From positions 14,198,001 through 14,262,000 of the forward strand of contig CM052826.1 in NCBI GenBank assembly GCA_028534125.1: 64,000 nucleotides of DNA. The letters run 5' to 3'. Shown here piece by piece: positions 1 through 13,244 of the stretch (its first letter is position 1; every line of letters starts with the position of its first letter). Origin of the DNA: Lama glama. Lineage: Eukaryota. A program made the position numbers and the translations under genes. Under the pieces are notes generated by a model. That model was not told where the DNA came from, did not search any database, and saw nothing but the letters and a program-made list of their open reading frames with translations.

Positions 1-1113
1 TGTATGTGTATACTGGGGATGGGGGGGCCTCGGGCGGGTGAGGAGAGAGACTAACTAGGAAGGAATGTGGCTTTCTTCCTGCCCTGGACTTGTTTGGCAC
101 TATTAGCTTAGCCAGGAATTTCTTCCCCTGTTTTGTTGCCGGTGTCCACCCTTCCCGCGTTTCTTCCCACTTTTGGGGGCAGTTTTCTTCCTGTCCTTGG
201 GTCTCAGTTTCCCCTTCATAGAACGGGGACTGCATCTTTGTTTGGAAGAGCGAGTTCTCACCTTGTCAAAAGGATTCCCCCAAGGTGAGGCTTGGGCGCC
301 ACTGCAGGTGTGGAGGAGAAGGAGTTGAGGGCACAGTGGTCAGCTTGAACCTCCCTGCCTTGTGGAATTCCAGCCTGGAGTCTTTTTCCCTGGGCAATTC
401 CGACTTGTTCTACAGGAAGGCGGGCTTTCCTAGAAACAGCTGGGGGAGAGCTCATGAGTCATGGAAATAAGGTGAACTTGGTACCTGGTCACTGTAGGTT
501 AGGAGCTCCGCCTTCCTGGCCATGCCACCTGCCCTTTCTTGATCTAGTTGTCTGGAAGATCCGCCTGTGCGTCCACCTCATGCTGTCACGCTGCTATTTT
601 TAATGTAGGGTGTTGGTTACATCCCCTAGGCTGGATCTTCCTCGTGAGGGTGAAGGTATAACTGCACACTCAAGTTTGTCCCACACAGAGCCCAGCTGTG
701 TAGTCAGTGTTGATCAGCTGGAATCGGCTCCCTCGAAGAGCTTCTCCAAACCATTCATTAACTTGGCTGGCTGGACTGAATTTGTGGGGGAAGGGGGCTT
801 AAACTTTCATTTTTCTCAGAGGCTGGCTGGTAATTGAAATTACTTGGCAGTTTTCGTATTGGATCTCACCCGACGGGCACTGTTGTGGACTGAGGTGAAA
901 TCAGGGCAGTTCAGCACACTTAGTGCTGTTGGGTGGCAGACATGGGGAAGATGACTTGAAGAACTTGTTTGTGTGACCAGAGGAGTGTATTGATATGAAC
1001 AAAATCTCATATGTACGACAGACAGTAGTAGTGTCTAGGATTTCCTATTCTCTAGCTCCATGGTTATATGGTTTACCAATGGCAACTTGTGGAGAGGGTT
1101 TTTTTGCTTTTTA

Positions 1114-1315
1114 TAGTTGCCCCTTGAACAGCACAGATTTGAACTGCCCGGGTCCATTTATACTTGGATTTTTTTTCACTGAAAACATACCACAGTACTG
1201 TGGGACCCACATTGGTTGCATCTGCAAGTGGAGGGCAGACTGTAAAGTTTATTCGGGACTTTTGACTGCTTGGTGGTCGGTGTCCCTAACCGCCGTGTTG
1301 TTCAAGGGTCAACTA
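1114..1315. mobile_element. Tigger2-derived non-autonomous DNA transposon (Tigger2a/MER8-like, TcMar)
   Basis: Terminal inverted repeats tagttgccccttgaacagcac ... gtgttgttcaagggtcaacta with TA target duplications. Confidence 0.85.
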
Positions 1316-2399
1316 TAATTGCAAGGAGGTTTTTACAATTTCAGATGTGGCAGGGGACCGGAGAGGAGCTTCCTTAAAAGCTTTCTCTGTAGCTCCCAGG
1401 TGCTTGTAATCCTAGCTGTTGAAGTCGCTCAAGTAGAAGTCCCTGACCATTTCCCTCTCTAGAGGGGTCTGGAGTCTGAGCTGCCTTTGTATAGACCTAG
1501 TGAGCAGCCTGGAACGTGGTGGAGGGTAGAGATGCAGTGATACATGCAGCTGCCACTGTCCAGACTTGAGCTTCGTGTAGTCTCTCCTTGAATATAAAAA
1601 CGAGTAAATCCCAAGGCAGCTACTCCCATGGATCTCCCTTTTCTCTGTGATGGGTTACTTCCTGGAGAGAAGAGAGGAAGTGTGAACACAACCCATCTTT
1701 CCAAGATAGCATCAGAGAAGTGTCCCTGAACACTTGGAGGAAGTGACCTTCCCTGGGGCACGTGCCTCAACCACCTGGGTATTTCATCGTTGGATTTGAT
1801 GGGCTCTGCTGCTGAGTGACCTTTTCCTCTCCTGGACTATAAGTTTCTTGATGGAGAGAAGCATATTGTTGTTCAGGAAAAATTGAGGCCCGGTAAACCT
1901 GGGGATTGGAGCCTATCTGGGTTTGAATTTCATCTCTGTGTGAGGCCTTGGGCCAGTGCCTGACCCCTCCCAGTCCAGCTCCTCCTCAGAGCTATAAGGA
2001 TCCCAGCACCTCCTCTGACTCCTTCTTCTCTTTGAGTTTATGAGTATTCCAGTACCTGATCCCTCTCAGCTCCTGATCCTTTTTTCCTAAGGGTTGTGAC
2101 TGTCACAGTGCCCAACCCTCTCTGAGCTCTGGATTCTTCTCTCAGGGCTTTGAGGGTCCTAGTACCTGACTCCTCCCAGCTCCAGGTCCTTCTCTCTGGA
2201 CTCCGAGGGCCCCATGTCTCACCCTCTCTGAGCTCCTCTTCTCTTGGGGCTGTGAGGATTTTGTTGGCACGTGTGTGGCCCTCAATGCAGCCCTGACCCC
2301 TCCTGTGTTCTCAGCACTTGGTGCTGGTACCCAGGGCCTGTTCCCTCCTGGAGGTTTGAGTACAGATAGTGGGAGACAGGGAGCCTGGGCTTCTATATC

Positions 2400-2800
2400 T
2401 CCCTGAATCTGATTGAGTGCCTGTTCTGTACAGGGCCGCTGCTCAGGGACTGGACATTTACAAGTGACCAAGATGGGCTCCCAGTGTCATGAGCTGACAT
2501 TCTAGAGGAAGAAGACAGATAATGAACAGGGTGGTGCAGAAATCAGCATGAAGAGCTTGTCAGCAGTCAGTGCCAGGAGGGAAATATAATGGGGTGATGT
2601 GAATAGGCGCTGATTGGGAGGTACTCCTTGAAGATGCCAGGTGAGGGGTCCCGTTAGGGGAAGGGGTGTGGGTTCCAGGCACGGCACATACACAGGCTTT
2701 GAGGCACAAGGGACCGGGGAGGGTGTTTGGGCAGGGAATGAGGCCCAGGTAAAGGTGTGGAGGCAGCTGCAGGGCTCTGTCCCAGGAACGGTGTATGGGC
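2400..2800. mobile_element. Degraded L2 fragment (approximate limits)
   Basis: ttgagtgcctgttctgtacagggc...gagctgacattctagagg...gacagataatgaaca resembles the L2 3' end. Confidence 0.55.
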
Positions 2801-5800
2801 AGGAGGTCTGCAGCAAATATTCTACAACTGATCTTGAGCCGCACTGGGGGCTGCTCGCCTGCTGCTTAGCTTCATGGCTGTCAGCCTGGGCACCAGTGGC
2901 AGGAGGAGCCTCAGTTTAGTCTCTGCTCCCCTCCCACACAGTGAGGTCCTAGGAGATGAGTTTGTCTTCCCTTCCTGGGGTCCAGGGGGAGCCCACTTGG
3001 CCCCAGCCAGGGGGCTTCTTGTCAACCGTGTCTACTTTTCAGACAGGCTGTCTTTAGGAATAGGTGGCACTGCCCGTCCTGGCCACAGGCTAGGCCCTCA
3101 TAAACCCTTTGTCCAGGCACGCGTCATCTTGACAATCTTGGCAGGAAGTCTAGCTCATTGTTCCCACTGTGCACTGGGAGCAGTTGAGTCTGTGAGGGAC
3201 AGCATTGCCTGTCTGAGGTCACTTGGACTGTCCTCACTGGCCCAGTCTGCCTCTTGAGTTGGGAGAGAGTTTGAGCCACTGGGACACAGCTATGAAAGGG
3301 AGACCCACTATGGTCTCAAGTTCTTGTGAAATGCCAGTGTTCTAGGCTCCTGGGAGTGTTGGTGACATGAGTGGCCATGCAAATTCCTAAAGTTGCTGGC
3401 TTTGAACTGTGCCCCTCCCCTGAGACAGTCTGCAGATGATAACAGTGCCTGTGGCTCGTGCTCCGCATGCCAGCGTTGGCCTAAGCTGTGCAGGTTACTT
3501 CATCTTGTCCGCTGGCTATCAACCCTGTGGTGGGGAGTGGTTCCCATTTCTCAGGTGGGAAACTGGTGGGAACTCTGAAGGCTGAGTCACCAGAAGTTTC
3601 CCAGTTGGAATGCAGCCGAGAACCAGGCATCTGGCTGGAATGCAGTGTGTGGCCCTGAGTTCTGCCTCCTCTGAAGAGCAGTGGCTTTATGGAGTGGGCT
3701 GTCCTCATTGGTGTCAGGAGCACGACATAGGGGTTCCATTTGCTTGTGTGTTTCAAGGTGGGTGCTTGATAGTTCTGGGTGGGGTGAGTCCCTCTTAGGT
3801 ACTGAGGGAGGGCGAGTAACCTGGGGCATGGAGTAAGTGCTGACCACTTTTGCAGATGGCCAGTGAGGCTATGTGTGACCCTTGACTAGGTTTCAGGTAG
3901 CCATTTGCCATGGTGATTGTGTGTAAATAGCTGGCAGCTCTCGGAAAGCCACCCTCTGTTGACTCATTGGCAAGGCCAGAGTTCATCACCCTTGAAGCAG
4001 TTTTGACATCACACCCGGATTGTGACATCTCTAGGGAGTCATTGAAAAACAAACCTGCTTCTTCTGTTCTTTGCAGCTATGGGCCCAGAGCAGACCCTGG
4101 TTTTGGGAAATCCACTTCTCCATGGCAGCAGCCCTGCTTGACATATCTCATGGGGCCGAGGCTGGCAATCTATCCTGGGTTTTTGGGTTTTGCATTCCCT
4201 AGGTGCTTCATTTGTAGGGCCTTGCTCCCCTGCTCTCTGCCTTTTCTCTGGAGAAGAAAGTCATGAAGACTTTCCCCTTGGTCTGTGACCCTCCTAGCCT
4301 GGAATTGTCTGAGAGCTCAACTCTAGTGATAACCTGGCCACTCCGCCATCACCCAGGTCCCAAAGGGATGCTTTTGAGAGCAGTCCTCCCAAACGACCTC
4401 TGACCTGTAGTGCAGTAGGTGACACAAACAGCCACAGTGTGCGGTTTTGTCATTTTGCTTTTTAATAAAGAAGCTGATGTCCAAGTAAACCATCCATGGG
4501 GAGACCTCCTGTCCCCACACGAAGTGGCCGCACTGGAGTTTGACGCTAATTATATCCTCCCAGCCGGGTCCCTCCCTGGCCACTTTGAGAGTTGAGATGT
4601 GGCTCCTGGCTGAGTCACCAGGTCACCAGGGTGCATTGGTGACTTGCTACAACCCCTCCAGAGGAGAGGGAGCCTCATATGTTTGTGAAGTTTGTGGGGT
4701 CACCAAACTCTTGTTTAAAAGCGACATGTGTGAAAAGTTTGTTTCTTTTTACCATAAAAGCTCAGTGTAGAGCACTTGCGGACTTCCTGAAAGTAGCAAT
4801 TCTCTGTTCCCATGGGAGGCTGTTGGCACCTCAGCGCCTTCCTCTGCCTTGCATCCAGGTATCATGTTATCACAGTGCTGTTCTCATACAATCTTAGGTC
4901 TCAATTATTCCCCGACACTGTATAAGCTGTTTTTTTTTTTAAATTGCAGTGGTAAGCTTTGCTTTTTAGTGGCTGCATTTTCCATGCAATGTGGACTCTA
5001 ACAGGTCGGTACTCCTCCAGCCCCATGCTGATCCTGGGGATTCCTGGGGATTGTCTGCTGTCCTTGCTGAGGGCTGTGCAGAGAGGCTGCGTGCGGGGAG
5101 CGGTGCCCCTGGTGTACCCATGTGTTGGTGAGTGGTGTGGGAGATTGTAGGTGCTGAGTGCTACAACTACTGTATGTTGAAATCGAGGCCCAGGAGGGAT
5201 GTGGTCTGGCCCATGGTGTTGGATGGTCAGGGAGGACAGGCCTGGAGGTGGGAGGCTGGGGGTGGAGACATTTGAGGGCCTGAGCTGGGGTGGCACTAGA
5301 GGCGGGGACAGATGCGGAAAGTATTTGGGCTGCCACCTGTGCCTGGCTGGGGGAGGTGGACATATCTAACCTTTCCTAATTCTGACCTTAGGGCGGAAAT
5401 GTCTGCATTGGCTTGGCTAATCGGGCTGCGTTTGTGAGAGTCAGGTCATGCGGGTCTTGAAGAGATGCTGGTGGTCACCTCTGAAGTGACTCTTAGCTGG
5501 AGGGAAGGTGACTGTGGCTGGTCAGAGAGCTGCTGCAGGTCTGTGGTGGGTGGATGAGGAGATCATCATCATCATCGATGAGGGGCAGGGCGGAAGCATG
5601 CGCGTGCGGCCGTGGTGTTGCTGCTTTAGGGCCCACGTCTTTCTGGGTTGCTGCCTTTGTCTCAGGGCGTGGATCCATTAAGGTTCTTGCCAATGTCCTA
5701 ACAAGTGCTATTTGGAAGTGGTTTTGAACGGATGTGGTGGCTCTGGAAGCCAGCAGCCTTTCTTTTTCTGGTTCATGGATTGTGTTCTTCGCTGAGGGTG

Positions 5801-5979
5801 GTTGGGTGGCAGATTTCCCTTATTGTGCTGGTGTTGACCAGTTTCTGGACAGTGAGTGTTTTGGACACTGAGGGAGCCAAGGCTGGGCTTGAACAGAGGG
5901 GCTGTACCTTGAGACAGCGTTTGGGGGTCAGTTTCACCCCGAGTCAGCCTCAGGGCAGGTGAGCAAGTAGGCTGTGCCG

Positions 5980-6479
5980 NNNNNNNNNNNNNNNNNNNNN
6001 NNNNNNNNNNNNNNNNNNNNNNNNNNNNNNNNNNNNNNNNNNNNNNNNNNNNNNNNNNNNNNNNNNNNNNNNNNNNNNNNNNNNNNNNNNNNNNNNNNNN
6101 NNNNNNNNNNNNNNNNNNNNNNNNNNNNNNNNNNNNNNNNNNNNNNNNNNNNNNNNNNNNNNNNNNNNNNNNNNNNNNNNNNNNNNNNNNNNNNNNNNNN
6201 NNNNNNNNNNNNNNNNNNNNNNNNNNNNNNNNNNNNNNNNNNNNNNNNNNNNNNNNNNNNNNNNNNNNNNNNNNNNNNNNNNNNNNNNNNNNNNNNNNNN
6301 NNNNNNNNNNNNNNNNNNNNNNNNNNNNNNNNNNNNNNNNNNNNNNNNNNNNNNNNNNNNNNNNNNNNNNNNNNNNNNNNNNNNNNNNNNNNNNNNNNNN
6401 NNNNNNNNNNNNNNNNNNNNNNNNNNNNNNNNNNNNNNNNNNNNNNNNNNNNNNNNNNNNNNNNNNNNNNNNNNNNNNN
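5980..6479. other. Assembly gap (500 N); other gaps at 14261-14398, 35806-35936, 39710-39864, 49025-49156, 49516-49645, 58582-58794
   Basis: Runs of N. Confidence 0.99.
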
Positions 6480-6699
6480 CTTTCTGAGGCCAGGGGTAAA
6501 TGGTGTTTCAGAAATAGCAGATTAGTCAGGGTGATTTTTTTTGAACCATAGCCGATTTTATAAGTCCCTTCCCAGTCAGACCATCGTGTCTATGCCCCAT
6601 TTGGGGCAGCGCCTGCACAGACAGGGGCGTTGGCCCCTTCTGGGCGTGGATCCCTCTCAGACACCTAAAATTGTGGCATTACCAAAGAAATGTGCCACT

Positions 6700-8540
6700 G
6701 AGAGAGTGAATAAAATATTAAAAAGAAGTATGGGACCTAGGAACAAACTTACGATGTTAATGTGTTAAGTGATGAGGCCTAGCAGTGGATCTATCTAACT
6801 GCTGTAATTTTGCAATAGTGGTGAGCAAAAATGGCCTTTGAAGACAGCAACAAACTATCATTTGCCGTGCTAAAGCATGTCAGAGAGTTGATACTGCTCA
6901 TGATGCCGTAGTTTGTTGCCTACCTTTGTAACTGAGGGAAATGCTAAGTTATAAGATCCCAAATTCGAGCCCAGTCCCATGTGTTTCCTCTGACATGGGG
7001 CCCTCAGCAGCTGTCCTGGGCGTTAACCTCTGTAATCTGCTGTGATAGATGAGGAAGCTTCCTGGGCTCAGTCTCAGGACTGGGGCTTTTTGGAGAGGTG
7101 CGTGACCCCATGGCTCTGGCCAAAGCCTCTTGTGGTGCTAGAACATCAGAGAGGGCTTGGGGAGGTGGGGACAATCACGAGCTAGCGCCAAGGGCCCCAG
7201 GGCCAGCCTGGGACAATCTGAGTATCAGGATAATTAAGGACTGTAATACATTTGAGACCATTGCAAAAGACAGCCCATGAGTCTGTCTATATCAGGGTTC
7301 TCCAGAGAAACAGAATCAACAGGAGTGAGTGTGAGAGACTTACTTTAAAGAATTGGGTCTTGTAGTCGTAGGGACTGGCAAGTCCAAAATCTTCAGGGCA
7401 GGCTGGCAGGCTGGAGACCCAGGGAAGAGCTGATGTTGTATCTGTGTGAAGGTAGAATTCCTCCTTTTTCCAGAGGATCTTGGTCTTTTTTTTTTTTTTC
7501 TTCCCTTTACAGCCTTCAACTGATTGGACAGGGCCCACCCACATTATGGAGGATAATCTGCTTTACTCAGTCTACCGATTTAAATGTTAATCTCATCTAA
7601 AAAATGTCTTCACTGCAAAATCTAGGCTGATATTTGACAAACAACTGGGTTTCATGGCCTAGCCAAGTTGACACATAAAATTAACCATCACACTACTGAT
7701 GGAAGCATGTAAATAAATTAGTGGGAAAAGAGAGGGCTCCTGAGCATAGTGGAATGCTGAGGCTGGATAGGAACTGCGTTTTACAGTCACCGCTGTGAAG
7801 CTGTGGATGGTGGGCCTGGCTGAACCTGTGAATACGGAGCAGGCATCTGTTGTGAGCTGCGCTGAGAGAAGGTAGACTGAGCAGGTTGGCCCTGCCTGGG
7901 TGATCAGAGTTACCAGTCCCATGAGGGCAGACAGACCCCTTGGAGGTGGGGGGAATGTGCCGCAGAGGACAACAGATATCTCCAGGCATGCAGCTGGAGC
8001 ACAGTGTGGTTCATCACACCAGGCAGACCCAAAATGCAACGTGCTCTAGTAAAGATAGGAGGGGGCTGTATCATCCAAACATGCCAGTGTCCTAAATGTC
8101 AAAGAACAGCCGAGAAGCCTCCAGATTAAAGGTGGTTGATGAGACGGGGCAGCTCAGTGCTGTGTGCTGTTCTCCCCACTATGGGGAGAGCAGTGTGAGG
8201 TCACCACCAAGCCGGGGGCAACGTGGAGGGTAGACAGTAGTGCAAAGTGTCCCATTGATAATGAACATAGTAAAGCTGGTGGCTGTCATGTGCCTTACTC
8301 CCAGGAAACACACTGAGCATTCAGGGGTAAAATGCAATGATGTCTGCAGCTTTCTTTCTAATGGTTCAGGGAGGCAAGTGTGTGCACCTAACTCTGTATG
8401 TAATGGTGTGTGTGGGGCAGAGAGAACCCACACACTTGGGGATTGGTGGGAAAAATTTAACAGCAAGTCAGCGTGGGGTTTAAAGGTATTCAGGTGTTCG
8501 TGCTGTTGCAACTTTTCTTTGAGTTTGGAATTAATTCCAG
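6700..8540 (+). mobile_element. Old L1 3' region (L1MC/L1ME-type), interrupted by an MLT2 LTR
   Basis: tttgttgcctac...gggaaatgctaag, ctccagattaaagg, ggaaacacactgagcattcaggggtaaa...tgatgtctgcagc...aatggttcag. Confidence 0.6.
7287..7692 (-). mobile_element. MLT2 (ERVL) solo LTR
   Basis: cagggttctccagagaaacagaa ... cttcaactgattgga...cccacccacattatggag ... gccaagttgacacataaaattaaccatcaca. Confidence 0.9.
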
Positions 8541-9439
8541 ATCATGTCTAGGAGAGATGTCCAGGCAGGGGGGGCATTTATTCCCTGCTCTCACCTGCCA
8601 CATAGTGTGGTCAGGGCCCGCTCACGTCTCCTCTCTGCAGGTGTCTGAACCCTGACTTGGGTGACCTAGTACCAGACCATCAGCCCTAGAGACCAGCAGT
8701 GATGAGACATCCTCCCTCCTCCTGAGACTCACCTTCAGGTGGGGAGAGACCAGCCCAGCACTTCAGTCAGGAAGATGCCCTCAGCTGGTGGCAGGGGTCT
8801 TAGTGAGTGTGCCCTGCCGGAAGCCCTTCTGAGGAAACCTTGGTTGAGGAGTCAGCCAGGAGGAATGCCTTGGACAGTAGCACAGGGGTTGCAAGTGCTT
8901 GGTCTGAGTATCATAAAGAGGATCACTGAGGGCCTCCAGGGCTTCAGGGTGCAACTTGACAGATGCTTGTAAGAGTCCTGGAGGGACTCTTCTCGCTTAC
9001 ATCTGTACTCTGTTCTTACCCGGATTCACAGTTGGTTCAGCAGAACTTCAGCTGCCTCCTGGTTTCTGGGACACATCACCTTTAGGCAAATATACAGTGC
9101 TTATCTTGTCACTTTGAGCTGAAATCAGTCGCTTTTGTTTTTAGGCAGGTGACAAGAAGATGTTCTGTAGAAAGGTGGCTGATGGTTTCAGACTTCTGGC
9201 TCATTGGCACTTTCAGGGCGAGGCTCTCCTCCGGCAGACTGGTTAATGAAAGCAGATCTGCAAAGACAGGAGTGACCTGTGCAGCTCTGGCCCAGGATGC
9301 TGGCCAGCCCGTTGAGGATGGTGACAGGAGCGTCCAGAGCAGCATGACCCCATTGATGCTGAAGGAAAGACAGTGAGGGGAAATGAGACATCCTTAAGCA
9401 GTAGAGGGCGCACTGCCTCCTTATTTGGGGGTCAGTTCT

Positions 9440-9545
9440 GGGTTCGGGTATGTGCTCTGCTGCTTTCTGAGCTGGTGACTTTGGGCAAAGCTGCTGGCTC
9501 CCCTGAGCCCCAGTTTCCTCATCCTCTTGAAGGTGGTCGTTAAAA
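9440..9545 (+). mobile_element. MIR SINE fragment
   Basis: gctggtgactttgggcaaag...ctgagccccagtttcctcatc core. Confidence 0.65.
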
Positions 9546-12500
9546 TGTGTGGCTTTGTCCACAGGAGGTCCTCACAGTCAGGCTCTTGAGGGCCGGCGAG
9601 TGCCAAGCCCCTGGCAGAACACATACGCCTCCCACCCTGAGAGAGACCAGCATTTCTGCCCTGCCTGCTCTGCAGGAGAAACCCAGTTTGGTGACATTTC
9701 TCTTTGGGCTTTTTGCTCTGAGGGGAGGGCATCTTTCTGGGGAGCAGTCAGTTGTTGGATCTTGGGGGACACCTATGCATGACGTAACCCAAGAATAGGG
9801 CTGATCTTTCTGTGTGATGAGAGCCAGGTGGCAGCTGATGTGCATGGAGAGGCAGCCTGGGCTGAACTTCACTCACTGCTCACCTGCCGGGGGCTCTCAG
9901 GCACATTTCTCAGAACTCCATGGAAGGCGGAGGGTGGTTAAGGCTACCAAGCCTATAGGTCCTCTCCAGTTGGCTCATCAGTGCTCAGAAGGGACCGTGC
10001 TCACCACCTAGCAGGCGCAGCAGACAGAGTGCCCATCGAGGGGTAGGCCTGAAGCCAATGGCTGGGATTACAGCTGGATGGTCTGCTGGGCCCTGCCCCC
10101 CTGTGCTCCAGTGGCTCTTTAGTGTCCAGAGTCTGAAAGTCCAAGTTGTTCCCAAGAAGGTCTATTCTGTTTGTCTGGGTGATAGAGGATCTTGTTCCCG
10201 AAGACTGACACCTATTGGAGGCCAAGTGAGGATCGGAAGGGACCAGACCAATCCGTTCCTGGCTCTGTTAGTGATGAAACCTGAGCGCCTGACAGCCACA
10301 TGGGTCCTCATTGTGGAGATGCTCTTTGGGTGCAGGACTCAGGGCAATGTTTGGTCCCAGGGCCACGCTGTGGGTCTAGCACAGCTCGGCCTCAGCCAGA
10401 TCAGGTTCTGTTTCTCAAAAGTTAAAAATGTGCTGATTTCATACAGCCTGCTTTGTGTCAGACCCAGTGAGGGTGAGGACTTCCTTGGGACATGCAGCTA
10501 GTGACTAGGGGCCCATATCTGAGCCAGCCACCTGGCTATTCCAGGCTCTGTCCCCAAACTGCAGGCTGCCCTCAAGCCCAGCTCCATGCTCATCGCCCAC
10601 CTGTGCCTCCAGGAAAAGGAAGACCATGGGCTGAACTCTGCCGGGTTGGCTTTCTGAGGCCTTGCTGCCCAGCACACTCACCTCACACGTGTTTGTCACA
10701 TTTATTCTGCTCTTCTCCTGCCCCCTACATTTGAGGGCAGGCTGAGCCCTGGGCCTCATCAGTGCCCACCTCCTGGTGTCAGCAGTGGCATATTGCCAGT
10801 GACCAAGGGACCTGTGGATGGGTCCCAAGCCCTAGGCAGTCTTTTCTCAGATTTTGATGCTTCTTTGAGACTTTTAAAGTTTTCTAGCTTAAAATCTCCG
10901 AGCTGCTAGAATGAGAGAGATTACCCAGCTCTTTGGGGAGGTTGGCTTGTCCAGACGTTTCTCCAAGCCTCCAGGATGTCTCTGGAGCTCTCTGGAGGGA
11001 TATCCCTGGGGGTCCGTCGCTCTGTTGTCCAAGGCCACGTCTCTGAACTGACACTGTGGTAGAGGCAGCCTTCACCACCCAGCTGCTCGAGAGCTGGTTC
11101 TCTCAGAGGCAGTTGTTCTTCCCTGGGACCCCAGCTAATGAGTGGTGAGGTGTTGTGGCAGGATGTACTCTGTATTCCTGGGCATTTAGGATTTATTCCA
11201 GTGCAACAATGAAAGTGGAAGAGGGTTTGAGCATGGCCTGGAGCTGACCCCTGAGGTTGGTCAAAGGCTAGTGGAGTGGAGAGGTGCCTGGACTTGGAGT
11301 GCCTGAGGTGACACAGTGGGATGAATACCAGGTGAGCTAGGCTAGGGAAGGTGGTCCCTGACCTGGCAGCTCCTAGGTTGCAGGTCACTTGTCTGTGTGA
11401 GAAGGAGGTGCAGGAGAGTGACCCTGCCATGGGTACTAGCTGGAGGCCACGGGGTGGGGTGGAGGAATCACCCCAAAGGGAAGAGAAAGCCAAGTTCTTA
11501 GCCATTGCTTTTATTTGCCTGTGATTTGTATCTGCATCTCCTGGGACAGGTTTGTGGTGCTTTGCAGGAACAGGTGATGAGGTAGGTATGTGAGCTGAGC
11601 CTGGTGCTGAGATGCAGAGCATCTGGGCAGCCGGCATCCTGGGCTGTTCCCTGGATGACCCAGGCAATCTAGGTCATGCCCTTAGCTTCCTCCATGGGAA
11701 GAGTCTCTCCTCAGCACTGCTGTCTCAGGGGTCGGGGGGTTGTCATGTTGCCCCCCGGCCATGGGTGGAGGATAGGTTTTGGCAGAGTGAAGTTCAGTGC
11801 CTGTTGTGAGTTTTAGCAAGCAATTAAAACGAAAAACAAAAAAACCCCACCTAAGGCTCATACCCCTGGTGAGACATGTCAAAAGAGCATTGGTGCAGGA
11901 TGCCCATGTGCTTTCTTGCCCATTTGCCATGGGGACAGGGGGCTGAGTCCAGCATGTGGACCTGGTCCCTCTGCAGGCTGTGCTCAGTGCTGCAGGCTGT
12001 GTGCACTGGGGGCGTGCATCAGGTACTGACGTGGGGCTGCTGCTTAATTTTTCTATTTGAGGAAAGGCAGATGGAAAAGATGAAATAATAATGAAGCAAA
12101 GGTGTTGAAAAAAGGGCCCGGTGCAGGCGTGGGTTGCACAGCTCAGAGAGGTGGCAGGGGTTGGTGGCTCACGACAGCCGTGCTTCCCTGGAGGCAAGCC
12201 TGGGATGTGCTGTTGGCAGCTGTGGATGGAACAGAGCTCAGCAGAATAGAAGCACTTTAACGTGAAGAATTGTTTAGCAAATGTTTATCTCATCCTATTA
12301 CCGTGGGGTCATGTGCGTTTCATAAAGAGTTTGGATAAATTGTGAAATTGGTATATGATCTAATGGGTCAGTGACCGAGCACGAGCTATGTGGGGAACCC
12401 AGGGCTGGTCCTTCTGTGAGGTTGGGATCAGTTCTGCTGGTGGAGTGGGGACCCCAGCCCTGCCCTGGGACCTCCAGCAGCCTTGTCCCATCTCTGTACC

Positions 12501-13244
12501 TCATTTTTCCTCAGTTGTAACAACAGGAACCCTGATATCTGAGTAGTTGAAGATGGGAGTGGATTTTGTGATGGAGGCTGGCTGTCCTCAATAACACAAG
12601 TCATCTTGAACACAAGTTCAATTTGACTGTGATTTCCATGGAGAACCAGTGCCCAGTAAGTCCATACAGCCCCCATCCAGTGAGGGCTTAGATGCCCCGC
12701 ACCCCCCAGCATCTGAGCATAGCACATGCCAGACCCTGCCCTGCAAGTCCTTTTTCTCTGCCTATACACTGATGTCCCTTGTCCTCTGACTTGCCCAGTG
12801 CCCCGTCTGTAGATGTACTGCTTTGGGCACCTGGAGTGGTCATGTCTGCTGACACACAAGGGACACAGCGGACTAGGCAGGGATGTGGTCTTGGTTCCAC
12901 ATAGCCCAGGCCCAACTTTAGCTTTATCAGTGTGTGAGCTGTCAAGCAGCGTGTGCTGCAGCTCAGGGTGAGGCGCAGGTGTCAGGGGCCAGGAGGACAC
13001 TACCTGCCCACCCCACAAGGGCTGTGAACCTGGAACCCGACAATGTCTGCAAACCCTGCAGCATCTGGGTGGTCAACACCCAGGGAGTGTCCATATTCAT
13101 GTCCAGAGAGCAGGCAGATGTAGGAATCTGAGAGACCCTTCACTGGGACAGGGGTTGGGCTGATGCTGGACTTGGCAGTTTCCTAAAGCTTCTTTTTGGG
13201 GAGAGGAGAGGGAAGTTGGTAAGAATTGAGATTTTCATAAAATA

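Noticed and set aside
5974-6525. Long X-containing ORFs (also near 14.2k, 35.7k, 39.6k, 49k and 58.5k)
   Set aside because: Artefacts of translating N-gaps.
10921-11667. 248-aa minus-strand ORF in ELL intron 1
   Set aside because: Ser/Pro/His-rich composition typical of non-coding frames; no domain or splice support.
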